Part shown: positions 1-14,100 of the stretch, piece after piece
Numbering within the stretch: position 1 is the stretch's first letter
Layout: each line of letters starts with the position of its first letter
Assembly: GCA_964016885.1 (NCBI GenBank)
Contig: OZ024743.1
Span: 127,224,001 to 127,288,000, forward strand
Direction: 5' to 3'
Length of the DNA stretch: 64,000 nucleotides
From: Eledone cirrhosa
Taxonomy: Eukaryota
Program-made: the position numbers and the translations under genes
Notes under the pieces: generated by a model
Seen by the model: only the letters and a program-made list of their open reading frames with translations
Told to the model about the DNA's origin: nothing
Database searches by the model: none

Positions 1-852
1 GTACCACCATCTATTGTTGACGATAGCTCCCGTTAACTGTTGCTTGACTAGTTTACTTATCCGTTCACTGTAAGCTTTACGTGCCGGCAACGACACGTTC
101 AGCTTCCAGTATCCGGGACCCTGTCTATGTATTCTATCACGGTTGACTAAGCAGACGACTAACTTGTGATCTGAATAGGCAACCATGTGCATTCGTGGAC
201 AGCTTAACATATCCTTGTCCCTTTCTCTAATGAAGAACCTATCTAAATACGATCTAGATGTCCCACTGCGGTTTACCAACGTCCACTGTGGTGCAGTCGG
301 GAAATCCAGTCGATACCTATCGGCCAGTTGGAATTGGCCGATTAAAGTTTTGAGGCTGTTGCACCCCGCTCTACTGGGACATGCTCCCACATAGTCCCAT
401 CGTGCATCTAGGATACCATTCCAGTCCCCCACTAAAAGTAAGGAGCGAGACGTTCCCAGAAAAGACTCTAGACGCTTAAAGAAGTCTGGCCGTGATTGCG
501 ATTGCCCGGTCGGGGCATAAACGGCCACCAGTCTGAAGGCTCCACCTCCGATACTGTTCACGTCTAGGACTACCAGTCTACCCTCCGGGTCCAAGTGTAC
601 TTGCTGTACTCCGACGTCCAGGTTCTTCCGAAACATAACAGCCACTCCACCTCCACCTCCTGGCTGACAGAGAGATGCGTAGATCTCAAAGTCGTCGAAG
701 ATGGGGGTTAGTTGCTGCCTGTTGTGGATTCTGGACTCGGTGATGGCTATCACATCCATACTGTGTGACCTAAGGTCGTTTAAAAGTTGGCCCTGTTTCC
801 AGGGCATCCCTAGGCCACGCACATTCACGGTTCCAACTCGTAAACCAGCCAT
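1..852 (-). CDS. ORF2 N-terminus, APE-type endonuclease (partial)
   Basis: ATG at 852-850. Matches the ORF2 of copy B, which has the VYAP, GDWN, YLDRFF and SDH motifs. Confidence 0.75.
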   Translation of the reverse strand, partial: MAGLRVGTVNVRGLGMPWKQGQLLNDLRSHSMDVIAITESRIHNRQQLTPIFDDFEIYASLCQPGGGGGVAVMFRKNLDVGVQQVHLDPEGRLVVLDVNSIGGGAFRLVAVYAPTGQSQSRPDFFKRLESFLGTSRSLLLVGDWNGILDARWDYVGACPSRAGCNSLKTLIGQFQLADRYRLDFPTAPQWTLVNRSGTSRSYLDRFFIRERDKDMLSCPRMHMVAYSDHKLVVCLVNRDRIHRQGPGYWKLNVSLPARKAYSERISKLVKQQLTGAIVNNRWWY

Positions 853-893
853 GTTGGTGAAGAAAAGTTGGAGAAAAAGGACGAAAGGTGCAC

Positions 894-3265
894 TTACCTT
901 TTCGTTTCCTGGAGATCGGGTTGTTCAATCTCCATTTGGGTGCTGGATGGGGTGTTGGGTGGGGTGGGGAAACCTTTCAACAGGACGCGGTTGATGGGTT
1001 TGTGGCAGGGGTTGCCTACGTCCTGTGAAAATTTAATTTTCACGTCTTTATAGGTTTCCATAGAAACCCTTATAAGTTTAAGGTGTGGAGACGATTCTGC
1101 CTTGACGAAAGTTTTGCCCTCCGTCTCCACCTTGGGGTTTTGGGAGATGACCTCCATCAAACTCTTGTTGTTTGTGTTGATGTATGCGTATTGTTGTTTG
1201 TGTTTTTGTTGTATTGTTTTAGTTTGTTGTTCATCTGGGAGTTTTCTTTTTATGGTGGGTGCTTGTGTTTGGGGTGGTGTTGGTGCTGGTTTTGCTGATA
1301 GGGGGGTGTTTGACTGTGGTGTTGTTTGTGTTGTTGTTTTTGTCTGTGGTTGTGTGTTGGTGTTGGTGATTGGAGTTTTGGGGGTTTTGTGGTGTCTCTT
1401 TTTTTGTTTTTAAAGAAGGAGAAGCAGCTTCATCCGTCGATGAATAATCATCGTCAGGTGTGTGGGGTAAGGGTATGTTGTGTGGTGGTGGTGGTGTTTC
1501 GGTATGTGTGTTTGTGGTAGTGTTTGATGGAGTGGGATGGAGTGGGGATGTGTTCTTCAGGGGTGTTGTCTCTGTTTTTTCTGTTGTTGTTGGTTGAGTG
1601 TCTGTTTGTTTTGGTGTGGTTGCTCGTTTCGTCTGTCGTTGTACTTGTGGTGGTGGTGGTGGTTGTTTTGGTGTTGGTGTTGGTAATAGCGTTTTTTTTA
1701 TGATGTTGCTGTTGTGTGTTTGTGGACAAGAGGCTTTTAGGTGAGATGTGCTACCACAGCGAAAGCAGTGACATTTTCTTCCTTCTACCGAAATGTTTAT
1801 TTTGTTGTTATTATCAATAACGACTCTTTCGGGTATTTTGGAGATTCTCTCCGGTTTCATTTGCAACAGAATCTCCAAATCGGTGCCCGCCCACCTTTGT
1901 CGAATGGATTTTCGTATCGAAAGTATTATGTCTGTTTCTGGCTCTACGAAGCCAGCCAAGATCCACCAGATGTTAATGCTTGGAGGTATTGTAGCGGTTG
2001 TCTCCCTTGTTTTGATTAGGATCTAGACGGGAAGTGGAACCCTTTCTGCAACTTCCGGCCAGAGCCCTATAAAACTAACAACTTTAAGCTTCCTTTCTCT
2101 CTTTGCCTTTTCGGCACCAGGTCAAGAGCCTCTCATTTGGCTCTGCCATTAATTTGGCCAACAGGCGCCTGGCCTTAGCCAGGCGTCCTCTGCCAGCCGC
2201 GTTTGCCTGGCAATCAAAACGGTAACTACTAACTTTGTTTCATTCTAACATCTATCTTTGACATGTCAAGTATACTATCTACCATTGTTAATTAAATATT
2301 ATACACCAAACCATGTATTCCTTGTTACATTCATACAACCCAGTAATCTTTTTTTCGGGTATTTTGGAGATTCTCTCCGGTTTCATTTGCAACAGAATCT
2401 CCAAATCGGTGCCCGCCCACCTTTGTCGAATGGATTTTCGTATCGAAAGTATTATGTCTGTTTCTGGCTCTACGAAGCCAGCCAAGATCCACCAGATGTT
2501 AATGCTTGGAGGTATGTTTTTTATTTTTATTTTTTGTGTCCTTTTCCCCATGTATGTAGGGAAAAAGGTGTATGCTTTTGACACTATTGGTGTCACAGAG
2601 TTTTTTTGGGCCAGTGTCTCGCTTTTAAACAGTACGGAAACACTTCCGTACTGTTTTCCTCGCTGGAGAAAATCGACATTTCCTAGAATCTCCTTGAAAG
2701 AATCTTCTATATCTGACTGATTAACAAATGTCGGTTTTCTTGACGAATTTGACACAGTCCTAAAAGTGACTGATCGGCGGTTTGTGTCTTCCTTTATTTC
2801 AAGGGGTGAGTTAATTCTAAACCCACCTCTTTCTTCGAAAGTTACAAATTTTCTCCCTTGCTGGAGCATATCTCTTGCGTTGGAGATATCAAGATTTATA
2901 AAATCTTGTTTCTTGTTGACTGTGTCAGCAAAAGACATTTTCTTTTTTTGTGTGATGTTGTTGTTAATAATGATGTTATCGTTGTTGGAAATTTTATGTG
3001 TAGATGTATCTGTAGAGTTGTTGATGTCTTTTTCATGTGTATGTATGTCAATGGGTTTTTTTGCCGTGTTTTCCCGTGTGTTATTGTCATTTTTCTCCGC
3101 TTCGGCGGTAGAAATTGTAACATTTTCAAATGTTGATATATTTTTTTCTTTTGTGACAGTATCTATGGCAACGTCCATAGCAGCAGAAGCAGATATAACG
3201 TTAATATCTGCCTCTTTCTCTCTCTTTTCACTATTAACGTTCTCCAGCGTTCTAGTGTTGCTCAA
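894..3265 (-). pseudogene. Tx1 ORF1 (gag-like, zinc knuckle), disrupted
   Basis: ORF pieces 2288-3265, 1231-1959 and 894-1160. Broken by the 1990-2352 insert and frameshifts. Confidence 0.8.
1990..2329 (+). mobile_element. Probable solo LTR (340 bp)
   Basis: TGTAGC...GTTACA termini, a TATAAAA box and an ATTAAA signal. Absent from copy B of the host LINE. No short TSD. Confidence 0.6.
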
Positions 3266-3518
3266 GTTTTTTTTACTTTGTAAAATTTGATATTTTAAGA
3301 CAAACTTTTAAATAAAATTTTCGCCCCTGGATATATAGATAGAAATACAGATATGGATAGACAGACATATAGGTAGATAGAATGAGAGGGAAGAACTGGA
3401 GAAGATATGAAAAGAAGAAAGGACGTATAATGAAATATATTCAGTAATTTTCCAGCACAGTTCCACAAAAGTTTCCATTGTGTTACGCTTGGAAGGTCTC
3501 TCTCTCTCTCTCTTTCTT

Positions 3519-3560
<42 letters not shown>

Positions 3561-3599
3561 TGTCTGCTATACGGCGGCTACTACTTCAATTTACATCCA

Positions 3600-3830
3600 T
3601 ACAGAGGTCGATAAAATAAAGTACCAGTAATGTACTGACGGAGTGCTGGCCTTGTGCCAAAAGTAGAAATAATTATTATTGCCTTTTATCCGCTGAGGTC
3701 AACTTTGCCTTTCATCCTTACGGGGTCGATAAAATAAAGTACCTGTAAAATACGGTTGTATATTCAATCGACTTTCCCCCGCCCCTCAAATTACTGGCCT
3801 TGTGACTAAAGTAGAAACAATTATTTACCT
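3600..3830 (+). mobile_element. Deu/Nin-domain SINE fragments
   Basis: GCCTTTCATCCTTACGGGGTCGATAAAATAAAGTACC core, repeated elsewhere in the window. Confidence 0.7.
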
Positions 3831-3844
3831 GCCATAAATCATTT

Positions 3845-6800
3845 ATTGTAAATTTTTGTTGTCGTGTAAGGGACATAAGCCCTTGGACTTTGCCCTGTGA
3901 AGGGGAAAGTATAATATTTGCGCCTTTTAGCCCAAATATTTAAACTTTTTACATTTAAAACTTATCAAAGAAAAAAAACAAAACAAAGTTGAGCAACGGC
4001 CTCCAGCAATATGTCTGTTGTCGTGTGACAGAGGCGTAAACGTTGAGAGGAGGGTTGCGGTGAACACCACCACAAACAACGTGAACAAAGATAGCAATGG
4101 CAATAACACTGAGAATACTAACTTTAAAAAAAATGACCACACCAACCACAACAGTAACAGCGACAACCAAAATACAGACAACAGAAAAAATGGCAACAGA
4201 TGCAACGATATTAACACCACTAACAAGAAAATAAATAGCGACAACACCAACAACAATACAAACTGCACCGAGAACAACAACGGCGGCACTAAAAATACAA
4301 CCAACTGCAACAGTGATAACAGCAACAACACCGTTTGTAGCAGAAGCAACAGCAACAGCACTAACAACAAGACCAGTAGCAGCAGTAGCGGCGGGAATAA
4401 TGATGCCACTGAAAAAGGGACCATCTCTTTTGCTAAGGTGGCTTGCAACGTAGAAACAGTCCTGGTCACATAGGAGGAGATGGCGGTCGCAAGACATGGT
4501 AACCAGAACTGAATTTTCAGTGACCTTGAAACCACCAACCGACTTCCTGGAGGAACAAGAGCGACGCAGTGTCATACAGCACAATTGCCACGAAATCGCC
4601 GGAACCGCTGCCATCAGAGACAGAGCAGTCAGCGAAAAAGTCGGGAGATTCTACAGAGAGTGGGAGGACAACGTCCGTGGCACCCACACCAAAGCCACGG
4701 ACAACAAAAATAGCAGCGGCAATTGCAGCAACAGAAACAGTTGCACTAGCTGCACCTGTGCCAAGAACGGCAGATCAGGCACCACCAACAACAACAACAA
4801 AGACAAATGAGAGGGTAGAACTCATACCCCTCCCCGACAGGTATAGACTGGATTATCCGAATGTACCAATGTGGACATCGGTAAACCGCATCGGGTCATC
4901 CAGATCGTATTTAGATAGGGTATTCTGTAGAGAAACAGATAAGGCTAGTGTAGGGTGTCCACAATTTAAAGTAGTCGACTACACAGACCACAAATTTGTG
5001 ATCTGCTACACAGACCACAAATTTGTGATCTGTGAAGTTGACTTAGATAGAGTCCATAGGCAAGGGCCCGGTTACTGGAAGCTGAACACGTCATTCCCGG
5101 CACGCAAAGCTTACAGAGACCGGATTAGTGAATTAGTTAAGTGTGCATTGGCAGGAGCGATCGTCAACAACAGGTGGTGGTTTACCCTGAAAAGGACAAT
5201 TAGAGTAGAATCGATAAGGTTTAGCAAAGGAGTAAAGCTAGAGGAAAATAGAGTAGAAGGAGAGCTAGTTAGAAAGCTAGAAGAGGCGTTTAGGACAGGC
5301 ATCGCAACCGACGTACTTGCGGCAAGATTGGAACTCGATCAATTCTTCAATGCAAAGCACCAAGGCTGCGTTGTCAGAGCTAGAGCGCGTGCTCTGAGAC
5401 ACGAGGGGACAAAAGCTGTCCAATGGCACCGGGTGGGGAAGGCGCGACGTGGCAATAAAGCCACAATTCAATGCTTGTCTGACCAAAACGGGCGCAAGTT
5501 ACTCGAACCCGAACAGATGTATGAGGCTTTTCAACAGCACTTTGCTCAACTGTTTGGGAGCGGCGGCGGGCCAGATCGGAGTTTAGCAGTATGGAAGTTG
5601 AATAGTCGTGGTCGCCACTTTAGCAGGGTAGATGATTGAAGGTCGTTAGTTGCCAGTGTGGTAAGTGATAGTATCCTCGTTGGATTATCTTGTCGACATA
5701 GACGTGAGGGAAGGTCCCTCGATCTATTTACCATCTTAGTATTTACAATATTCCTTTCGTCAGGTCGCCAATTCCAGCAGCATGGATTATAGATGTTATT
5801 GAGACACGAGTAACATAATAATGATTTCAACAGTAGAAATTAGAGATGAAATGTATGTTTATTTTTGATGTAGCACAAACAATGTTTGTTAACTTATATG
5901 GTTGAAGTTACAGATAAAAAGAGGTTACAAAAGGGAATGTTCCATTGCGCCGAAAAGCCGGCGAGGCTAGGGTGCAATATCTCACCGTTACATTATGCGT
6001 GTTGCTGGCTCGAAGTTTCTGGTACAAGAGAGAGATTCTTCAAATCCTCGCGGGGAATTTCTTCCTCAGGGCGCGTAGGGATACATCCTCTTCTTCTGGC
6101 GCTGATTGGCTGAACTGAGCCAAATCACGCACAGAGAATGTATGTGAGCCCGCGGAATGTAGGTCACTACAGGAGTATGAACTTCAGCGCATACCTCGAG
6201 GTACTGCCGCAGCTCTCGACGACCGCAGCGCAGTGCTGCGAAAGGCTGATAACAGCGGGTGAAATACGGGAAGCGATGTCTGACTGCACGAGGAGTAAAT
6301 CGCCAGGTTTGGATGGTCTGCCATACGAGCTTTATGCGTACATGCGAAATTTGTTCGGCGACCTCTTGGCAGACGTCTACTGCAACTGGCAACAGAACGG
6401 GAGCATTCCCAGTTTTGTGAGCCGAGGAGCGGTGGCGCTGAGGAGAAAAGACCCGAACAAGAGGGACGTTACAGACAACTTCAGGCCCATAACTCTGCTA
6501 AACGCAGAGTTTAAGATTTTGGCCAGGGTGTTAGCAAAGAGATTTGCGCTTGTCGTCGGTGGGAGAGGCGCAGATATGCGCCATTCCGGACAGATCCATA
6601 CACAACAACCTCCACCTCATGCGATACATCGTAGAGAGGGTGGTTAAGGAACCTGGCACGTGTGGGGCCCTGATCAACTTGGATCAATCCAAAGCATTCG
6701 ATAGGGTCGACCATCGATACCTGGCGGAGGTCCTCGAGGCAGCCGGTTTCGGGCCCGTTTTCAGGGATTGGATCGCTGCGATGTACAGCGACATCTGCTC

Positions 6801-8170
6801 AGTTGTGAGGGTGAACGGTCACCTGTCGCACCCGTTCAGCATCATGCGCTCGGTCCACCAGGGTTGTCTCCTCTCGTCCCTCTTGTACGTATTGGCTCTC
6901 GAGCAGTTACTACACAAACTGGGGACGATGAGGGGCGTCCCACGCGAATTAGGATGCGGGAAATCCGAGTCGAGTTACGCCGACGACGTCACCGTGGTGG
7001 TGTCAAGCACCAGGCACGCCCAGATGCTCGGCACCGCTCTCAAGGAATACGCGGTGACAGGAATAAGCGGTGACAGGAGCAAAGATAAACCAGGAAAAGT
7101 CGGTGGGCTTGCAGCTCGGCACCTGGAGAGGCAAGTCCATGCCATCCGACAGCGTCGTGGGACGTTGGACGGACGGACTGGTTAAATTGTTCGGGGTCTT
7201 TTTCGGACCGGACCTCCAGATGGAGAAAAACTGGAGCGGGGTGACGAGCAGGGCCTCCCTCACCCAGAAATGGGCCGAGAGGAAGCTATCCCTCAAAGGC
7301 CGGGCGGTGGTGGAGAATGCGTACATCGCATCTGTCATCTGCTACTGCCTCACCGTCGTCCCTTGCTCCGGCCCAACTCTCGCCAAAATGGAGCGCCTCC
7401 TCTTCCGCTTTTTGTGGAAGGGACGCGCTCCCATGTTCAGACGATCCATCTGCTGTCAACACCCGTTGCGTGGAGGACTGGGTATGACATGGCTGATGAT
7501 GCGCAAACATTCGCTGAGGCTGCGACATCTCTGGTGCTTCCTTGACGCTGAACAGGTGTGGTCGCCGTTCGCCAGGCACGTTTTCCCACAGCTCGTCTCC
7601 TTGACGGAGCTGCAGTCCTGGGTCAGGAAAAGACCGGGGGATAGCGCTTGGAAACTGGAATGTCTCCAGGCACTCACCGCCCTCTGCCAGCTGGGCACCA
7701 GTATAGGTAAAACATCCACCTCGGCGTTCTATAGAGGACTAGTGGAGGGGAAGAGCGACGACGTGCTCGGAGAGATCCTGGGCGTCGAAGAGGATCAGCT
7801 GTTTGCTCTCTTCCGGAGAACTTTCAGCCCATGGCTTATGGATAACTTGCAAAAATCCCTGGCCTGGCATTGCTCCCGGGGAACGTTGCCGGTTCGACAG
7901 CTCTACAGGCACGGAAGTGCCGTCAGCCGAGCCTCTCCAAGATGCGCGCAGAGCGACGAAACTATCGTGCCTATTGGGGAATTTTTCATTGTTTGAATTT
8001 TTGTTTATTGTTTATATATATATATATGTTTCTGTCTTTTTTCTTTTTCGTTTCTTATATAAATAATAAAAATCTTTACACGTACAAAACCCACATCGTA
8101 CCGCCCTGTACCGTCCTGTGCCATCTGTAATGTTTTTTCTTGATGTCAGCCCTTGTGGCCAATAAAGAAA
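3845..8170 (+). mobile_element. Tx1/L1-clade family 2, copy A, internally deleted
   Basis: Thr-rich ORF1 remnant fused to APE. RT motifs (SPGLDGLP, FRPITLLN, KAFDRVDH, YADD). 3' end CCCTTGTGGCCAATAAAGAAA followed by (ATT)n. Confidence 0.85.
5583..6171 (-). mobile_element. Probable solo LTR (589 bp) inserted in Tx1 ORF2
   Basis: 5-bp TSD GGAGT at 5578-5582 and 6172-6176. The minus strand begins TGTAGTG; the other end is degenerate (CTGCTAA). AATAAA on the minus strand near 5860. The host ORF resumes after the TSD. Confidence 0.7.

Positions 8171-8171
<1 letters not shown>

Positions 8172-8247
<76 letters not shown>
8172..8247. repeat. (ATT)n microsatellite; others at 8676-8726, 10890-10985, 11119-11190 and 17486-17530
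   Basis: Direct reading. Confidence 0.95.
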
Positions 8248-8675
8248 GTTCTTTGAGTCTCAGTCATTGATGTTAGTTAACTGGAAAGTTTGTTGAAATG
8301 AATATCAAGCCACTACCTGCGGCCTCAGATATTCAGGACGTATCGGAGGGTTCTTGCTGTTCCCAGCAAGCATGCCTTTTGAAGCGTTCCAAAAAGCGTG
8401 AAGGGACCAATTTTCTTTAACCATCCCTGGAAACTTTTTGAGATAGTACCTAGTGCGCCTATGACAATCGGGACCACTTTGACTTCATGGCAGTTCCAAA
8501 TCCTTTTTACCTCCCACTTTAAGTTCTGGTATCGGTTAATTTTCTCCCTCTCCTTCTCTTGCACTCTCGTGTCGAATGGGCAGGCCACATCCACAATCAG
8601 GCACGATCTTTTTTCTTTGTCCAAAACCACCAGGTCAGGTCTATTGTGTTCCAGTTTCTTGTCCGTCTCTATCCT
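8248..8675 (-). mobile_element. R4/Dong-like element, 3' fragment (restriction-like endonuclease)
   Basis: RPDLVVLDKEKRSCLIVDVACPFD...EKINRY (PD-D/E-xK motif). Flanked by (TAA)n. Confidence 0.8.
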
Positions 8676-8676
8676 A

Positions 8677-8726
<50 letters not shown>

Positions 8727-10850
8727 CACAGTGGCATTTATCTTGCTTTATGTTCATACGAGTTATCACCAAGTCACAACCAGTGACCTCAAGAGACAAC
8801 AAGGTCCGCCATGTTCAAGAAAGAACATACATACTCACACATGCATCTTTAGTGTTTAGACTTGTGATGTACTTATATTGACAGAATCTTTCTTAGTATA
8901 TGGGCAGTTTCCATTAGTACTATCTTTTGTATTTCTCCTATTTGCGGGTTTCCTGGGATTTGCGATAAGTAATCATTAGACCCCTTAGGTATCATTCCCA
9001 GAGCGTCTACAACCACTGGTATTGTTTTAGTTCTCAATTTCCAGATTTTTCCAATTTCTATCTCCAGGTCCTTATACTTGCTCAATTTTTCAAATGTTTT
9101 TATAGATACATTCTTGTCTATTGGAACGGACATATCAATTAGCAGGCATACCCTCTTTTTAAAGTCCTTCAATATTATATCAGGTCTATTTGCATCTATT
9201 TTTCGGTCTGTTTGGATGCTAAAGTTCCACAAGATTGAGATGTGATCTTTTTCAAGTATGGGAGGTGATTGATGCTCCCACCAATTCTTTTGATGGGGCA
9301 GGTCAAAATGCTTACACATTATCCAATGTATGTATTGTGCAGCTCTGTCATGCCTGTTTAGGTATTCGGTTGGAGCTATAGGACTGCACATTGAAATTAT
9401 ATGGTCAATGGTCTCTGGTTGTTTTTTGCATACACGGCATAATGGGCTGCATCCATTTTTTATTATGTTGGCTTCGTAATTTTTTGTTCGCAGACACTGA
9501 TCTTGTGCTGATATAATCAGTCCTTCAGTCTCCGATTTCAGTCCAGAGGATGCCAACCACTGATGGGTTAAAGTTTTGTCAACATCAGGATTGTTAGCTC
9601 GCTCTGGGTATTTTCCATACAGAGGCTTTTCTTGCCATTTCTTAGCCAGTTTCTGTAGCAGTTCTTTCTTTGCAGTTACTTTTACCTGCTTTGCTTTTTC
9701 TGTGTTTTCCATTTCAGCAGTAAATGGGACTTCTGAAATTTGTAGTCCATTACTGTATCTTTGTGCATCTTTTGTAATGGAATATGATCTTTTGATGCTT
9801 TCGTGTTTCAAAACGAGTTTGATCATCCAATCATGTCATTCCCTTAGATATGTAGATAATCCAATTGTTGCAGTTTTCAACGCAATGTCTAACTGGATTA
9901 ACCCACGTCCTCCTTCTTTCCTAGGGAGATATATTCTATCTGTATCTGCCTTAGGGTGATGCATTCTGTGCATGGTTAAGAATTTTCGAATTTTTGTATC
10001 GAGCCTACGGATCTCTGTGCTTGACCAGTTGATGACATTGTAACTGTAGGTTACTACTGGTATGGTAAGCGTGTTTATGGCATCGATCCTATTCCTTGCA
10101 TTCAATTCCGTTCTTAAGATTGCTCTTACTCTGCGGTAACATTCCTTCCTTATCCTTTCCCTCATTGTCGAGTGCTTGATTCCGCCTCCTTCACAAACAC
10201 CTAGATATTTGTAAGTTTTTTCTTGATCAAGTTCTCTTATCACGTTCCCCCGATCAAGATTAATGTCTGAACTCTTCAGCAGCTTTCCTCTGGTGAACGT
10301 TGCTTTGGCGCATTTATCTAGTCCAAACTCCATTTTAATGTCATCACTGAACTGCTCCACAGTGGATAATAGCTCTTGCAATTGTTCATCATTTTTTGCA
10401 AATAGTTTCAGGTCATCCATGTAGAACAAGTGATTAATGGTTTTGTCATAGACTTTATATCCATGTTTTGTTTCATTGAGCATTTTACTTAATGGTATAA
10501 GTGCGATGCAGAATAAAAGCGGTGATAAAGAGTCACCCTGAAAAATTCCACAATTAATATTAACTTCTCCAGCTTCCAGTGATTTTGTTTCACTATTCAA
10601 AAGGAGTGTCGTTTTCCATGTCTTCATACTGAATGACAAAAACCTCCTGACAACGGGGTATATTTTGAAAATCTCTAAACATTTTTCAATCCAACTGTGT
10701 GGCAAACTATCGAATGCTTTTTTATAATCTATCCAAGCAATTGATAGATTTTTGTGTCTATTATGACAATCTTCCAGTATCATTTTGTTAACCAAAAGCT
10801 GATCCTTACAGCCATATGAGCCTCGTTTACACCCTTTCTGCTCAATGGGA
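8727..10850 (-). mobile_element. R4/Dong-like RT + CCHC + RLE retrotransposon, 5'-truncated
   Basis: ORFs 9836-10795 (IDYKKAFDS, QGDSLSPLLF, YMDD) and 8873-9826 (CRVC..ETIDHI..C, RHD, RPDI) are in frame and separated by one TGA. Flanked by (TAA)n. Confidence 0.9.
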
Positions 10851-10915
10851 AATAGGTCATTTGTTATCAGGTGGTCACATGTGTATTCAGTTATTATTAT
10901 TATTATGTGTATTCA

Positions 10916-10978
<63 letters not shown>

Positions 10979-11118
10979 GTTATTACTCCTTGAGTCTCAG
11001 TCATTGATGTTAGTTAACTGGAAAGTTTGTTGGAATGAATATCAAGCCACTACCTGCAGCCTCCAGGTCAGGTCTATTGTGCTCCAGTTTCTTCGAGCCT
11101 GTCCGATCAAGCTTACCC

Positions 11119-11190
<72 letters not shown>

Positions 11191-11191
<1 letters not shown>

Positions 11192-14100
11192 GGCGACCTA
11201 CGCAGGAAATCGTATTATCGTGAGTTCCACAAAGGTTTGTTGTTTTTCAGTTGTTTCAAATTGCCAGTTATGGAAAATGTTTGTTGTTAAGTTTTTTATA
11301 AGTTCACATATATTGCTTTCTGAAAAGGACACTCAATAATATTGGGGCCTTGAGCCCAAAATTTAAACTTTTATTTGTCAAACAAAATATTTCTTTGAAA
11401 AAAAAAACATGGACGACAAATCTCCTGTTTTTAGCTGACTGGCATCTCCCACCACTACCACCATTGTGAGCCTTTCCACGGTTGCCAACACTGAAAATGT
11501 AATTAATGGCAGTCTCAATTATTTGAATTTGCCGCATACAGACGTGGATTACCTGCCATTACCAATAGCTGCAGGTGTTAAAGCCACCACCCCACCACCA
11601 CAATGTCAAAAAGAACAACCAACACCACTGATACCACCACCACCACCACCACCACCACCACCACCACCACCACCACCACCACCACCACAGCGACAACAAA
11701 CAAAAAAAAGAGAATAAATTATTATCTCGTGACATCGAAATGGATCACCCAGAATCGACTCTTCCACGCTGGACACCACTGACACCACCACAACTGAAAC
11801 TAAAAATAACAATAACAAAAATAACAAGAACAACAACAGCAACAACAACAATAATGAGAATAACAACAACAACATCAACACCAGCGCAAAACAAAATGTT
11901 TCGTTTGCCAAAGCAGCCAAGAAAAGCGAAACAATAGAGGTAAGCCAGGATGAATTGAATGAAGCCAAGCGAATGGTAAAAAAAGATGAGTACAGGGTCA
12001 GCCTCCCACCTCCCCCATCTAATAAAATGGAGCATCGGCGCCTATGCACCATGTCATATCGGACGATAAACACAAAATCACGCCGAGTCCCAGATACAAA
12101 AAGCTTTGGGTCATGTGTGGGCAAAAAAACCCCACATCAGATGTGGGCAGAAATATGGAACCGTGGACGTGTTCTTTGGAACCCCACAGGAAACCAGAGA
12201 GCACTCCATGGCCCCATTAAGAAGTAACGAGTTCACACTCGTCCCAAGCTATTGTGGTCAGAGACTCGTGAAGATCAGGGTGACCCACGTTCATCGAAAT
12301 TCCCTGGCTAATGGCTGTCGTCCTCGCTGACATCGAGGCCAGCACAAAAATAATTGAGGTAACAAAAGAAAAAAAGGAGAACTCGTCCAGATATGGGAAG
12401 GAGCTCCTGATCCAAGCGGACCAAAACAAAAACAATGAGGAAATTCCCGAGGTGACAGACCTCAATGACTGCAGCCGCCTCACCGTAATCGTAGAGGGTA
12501 GAGAAGGCCTAGGTGTGTCGTTTTTGGCGAAGGAACCCACCTAAAGGCTTTCTGCCCTCAGGCTAAAAAGTTGAGGCCACCTCTCCTACCCAGTGATTCA
12601 ACCATCAAAACCAGCAGCAGAAATGGCAGCAATAACTGTAGCAGCAACAACAGAAGCAACTGTAGCAGCAACAACTCCAGCATCTGTAACAGCAACAGTA
12701 GCAAAACCAACTCCACCACTACCCACCGCGCCAGAATTAGCACCAGCGCCTCCACCATCCACCACGCCACAACCAAAACCAACACCTGGGGAGGATTTTC
12801 CACTCTCCGACCTATCGCAACTGGAGACAAATTGTGACGACGAAGAGTGGGAAACTGTATCAGGAAAAAGGAAAAAAAGAAAAAGAGCTCCAAAAAGAAA
12901 AAAAATCCTCTTCCTTCTCCCTCCAAAAACAAAACGCAGGGGGAAACAAATAAACAAACAAACAAAAAATTTAAGACAGCTATGCCACCATCCGCACCAG
13001 ATCACCAACTCCATCACCACAAACACCAACACCATTATTAACCCCAACACCATCATCACCTACACCACAAAAGTCACCAAAAAGCGAAACAGAAACAAAC
13101 CCACAACAAACGCAAACAAAACAAAACAACCAAAACGATACACACTACACAACATTAAATTTGAACAACAACCAATTATTACACTACATCCAACACAACA
13201 CCAGCATTACAGAAAAAGACTACACAACAACCCAAAAATTCACACCACCTCCACACATACAAATCACTCGCATCACACAGAAAACGTACACGACACTAAA
13301 ACAAAAATTCCCCGAGGACATCGGAGACTTCCGACAAACACTCTCCAGGAGGATTTATAAGGACATCCTTCCTGAGGAGGCCACAAACAGTGAGAAGGAT
13401 GGAAAAACCATCCTCCCCCTACGAGAAGTGAGGTAAGTGGTCTTTCCCATCTTTTTCGACTCCATTTCAACATTACCTCACACAGAATAGGCAGCATAAA
13501 TGCGCGTGGCCTGTCATGGAAGCTGGGCCACCTGCTCAACGACCTCAGGTCACTAAACATAGCTGTGGTGGCCATCAGCAAGACCAGAATCTCCGAAGCA
13601 CGGGCCTACGCACCGATATTCGGCGGCTACGATGTGTACGCATCTCCCAGCCGTCCTGGATAGGGGGGGGGGGTGCTTTTTTTGAGAGGTTTGGATCTTC
13701 CTGGACCCAGAAGGTAAGTCGGTGGTGCTGGACGTGACCGGCAGCGAAGGCAATACTTTCAGGCTGGTAGCCGTCTATACCCCGACAGGAGCAGGGCGGC
13801 CTGATTTCTTCCGGCGTCTGGAGACGTTTCTTGGAACGTCCTGCTCTTTAGTGTTAGTGAGCGACTGGAACGGGATCTTAGATGCAAGCTGGGACTGTGT
13901 AGGATTAGCGGATAGGGGAGGAGGGTGTAAAAGCCTCGCAAACCTGCTCAGACGGTTTGAACTGTTTTACAGGTACCGTCTGGATTTCCCGCATGTGCCA
14001 ATGTGGACATGGACAAACCGTATCGGGTCATCCAGATCATATCTAGATAGGGTATTTTGTAGGGAAATAGATAGGTCTAGTATAGGCTGTCTACGTTTCA

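Larger units (their letters stand above)
1..3328 (-). mobile_element. Tx1/L1-clade non-LTR retrotransposon, family 1, copy A (5' part; runs off the window start)
   Basis: Nearly identical to 30461-33301. Carries ORF1 with a CCHC knuckle (CFRCGSTSHLKASC) and the APE endonuclease start of ORF2. Confidence 0.9.
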
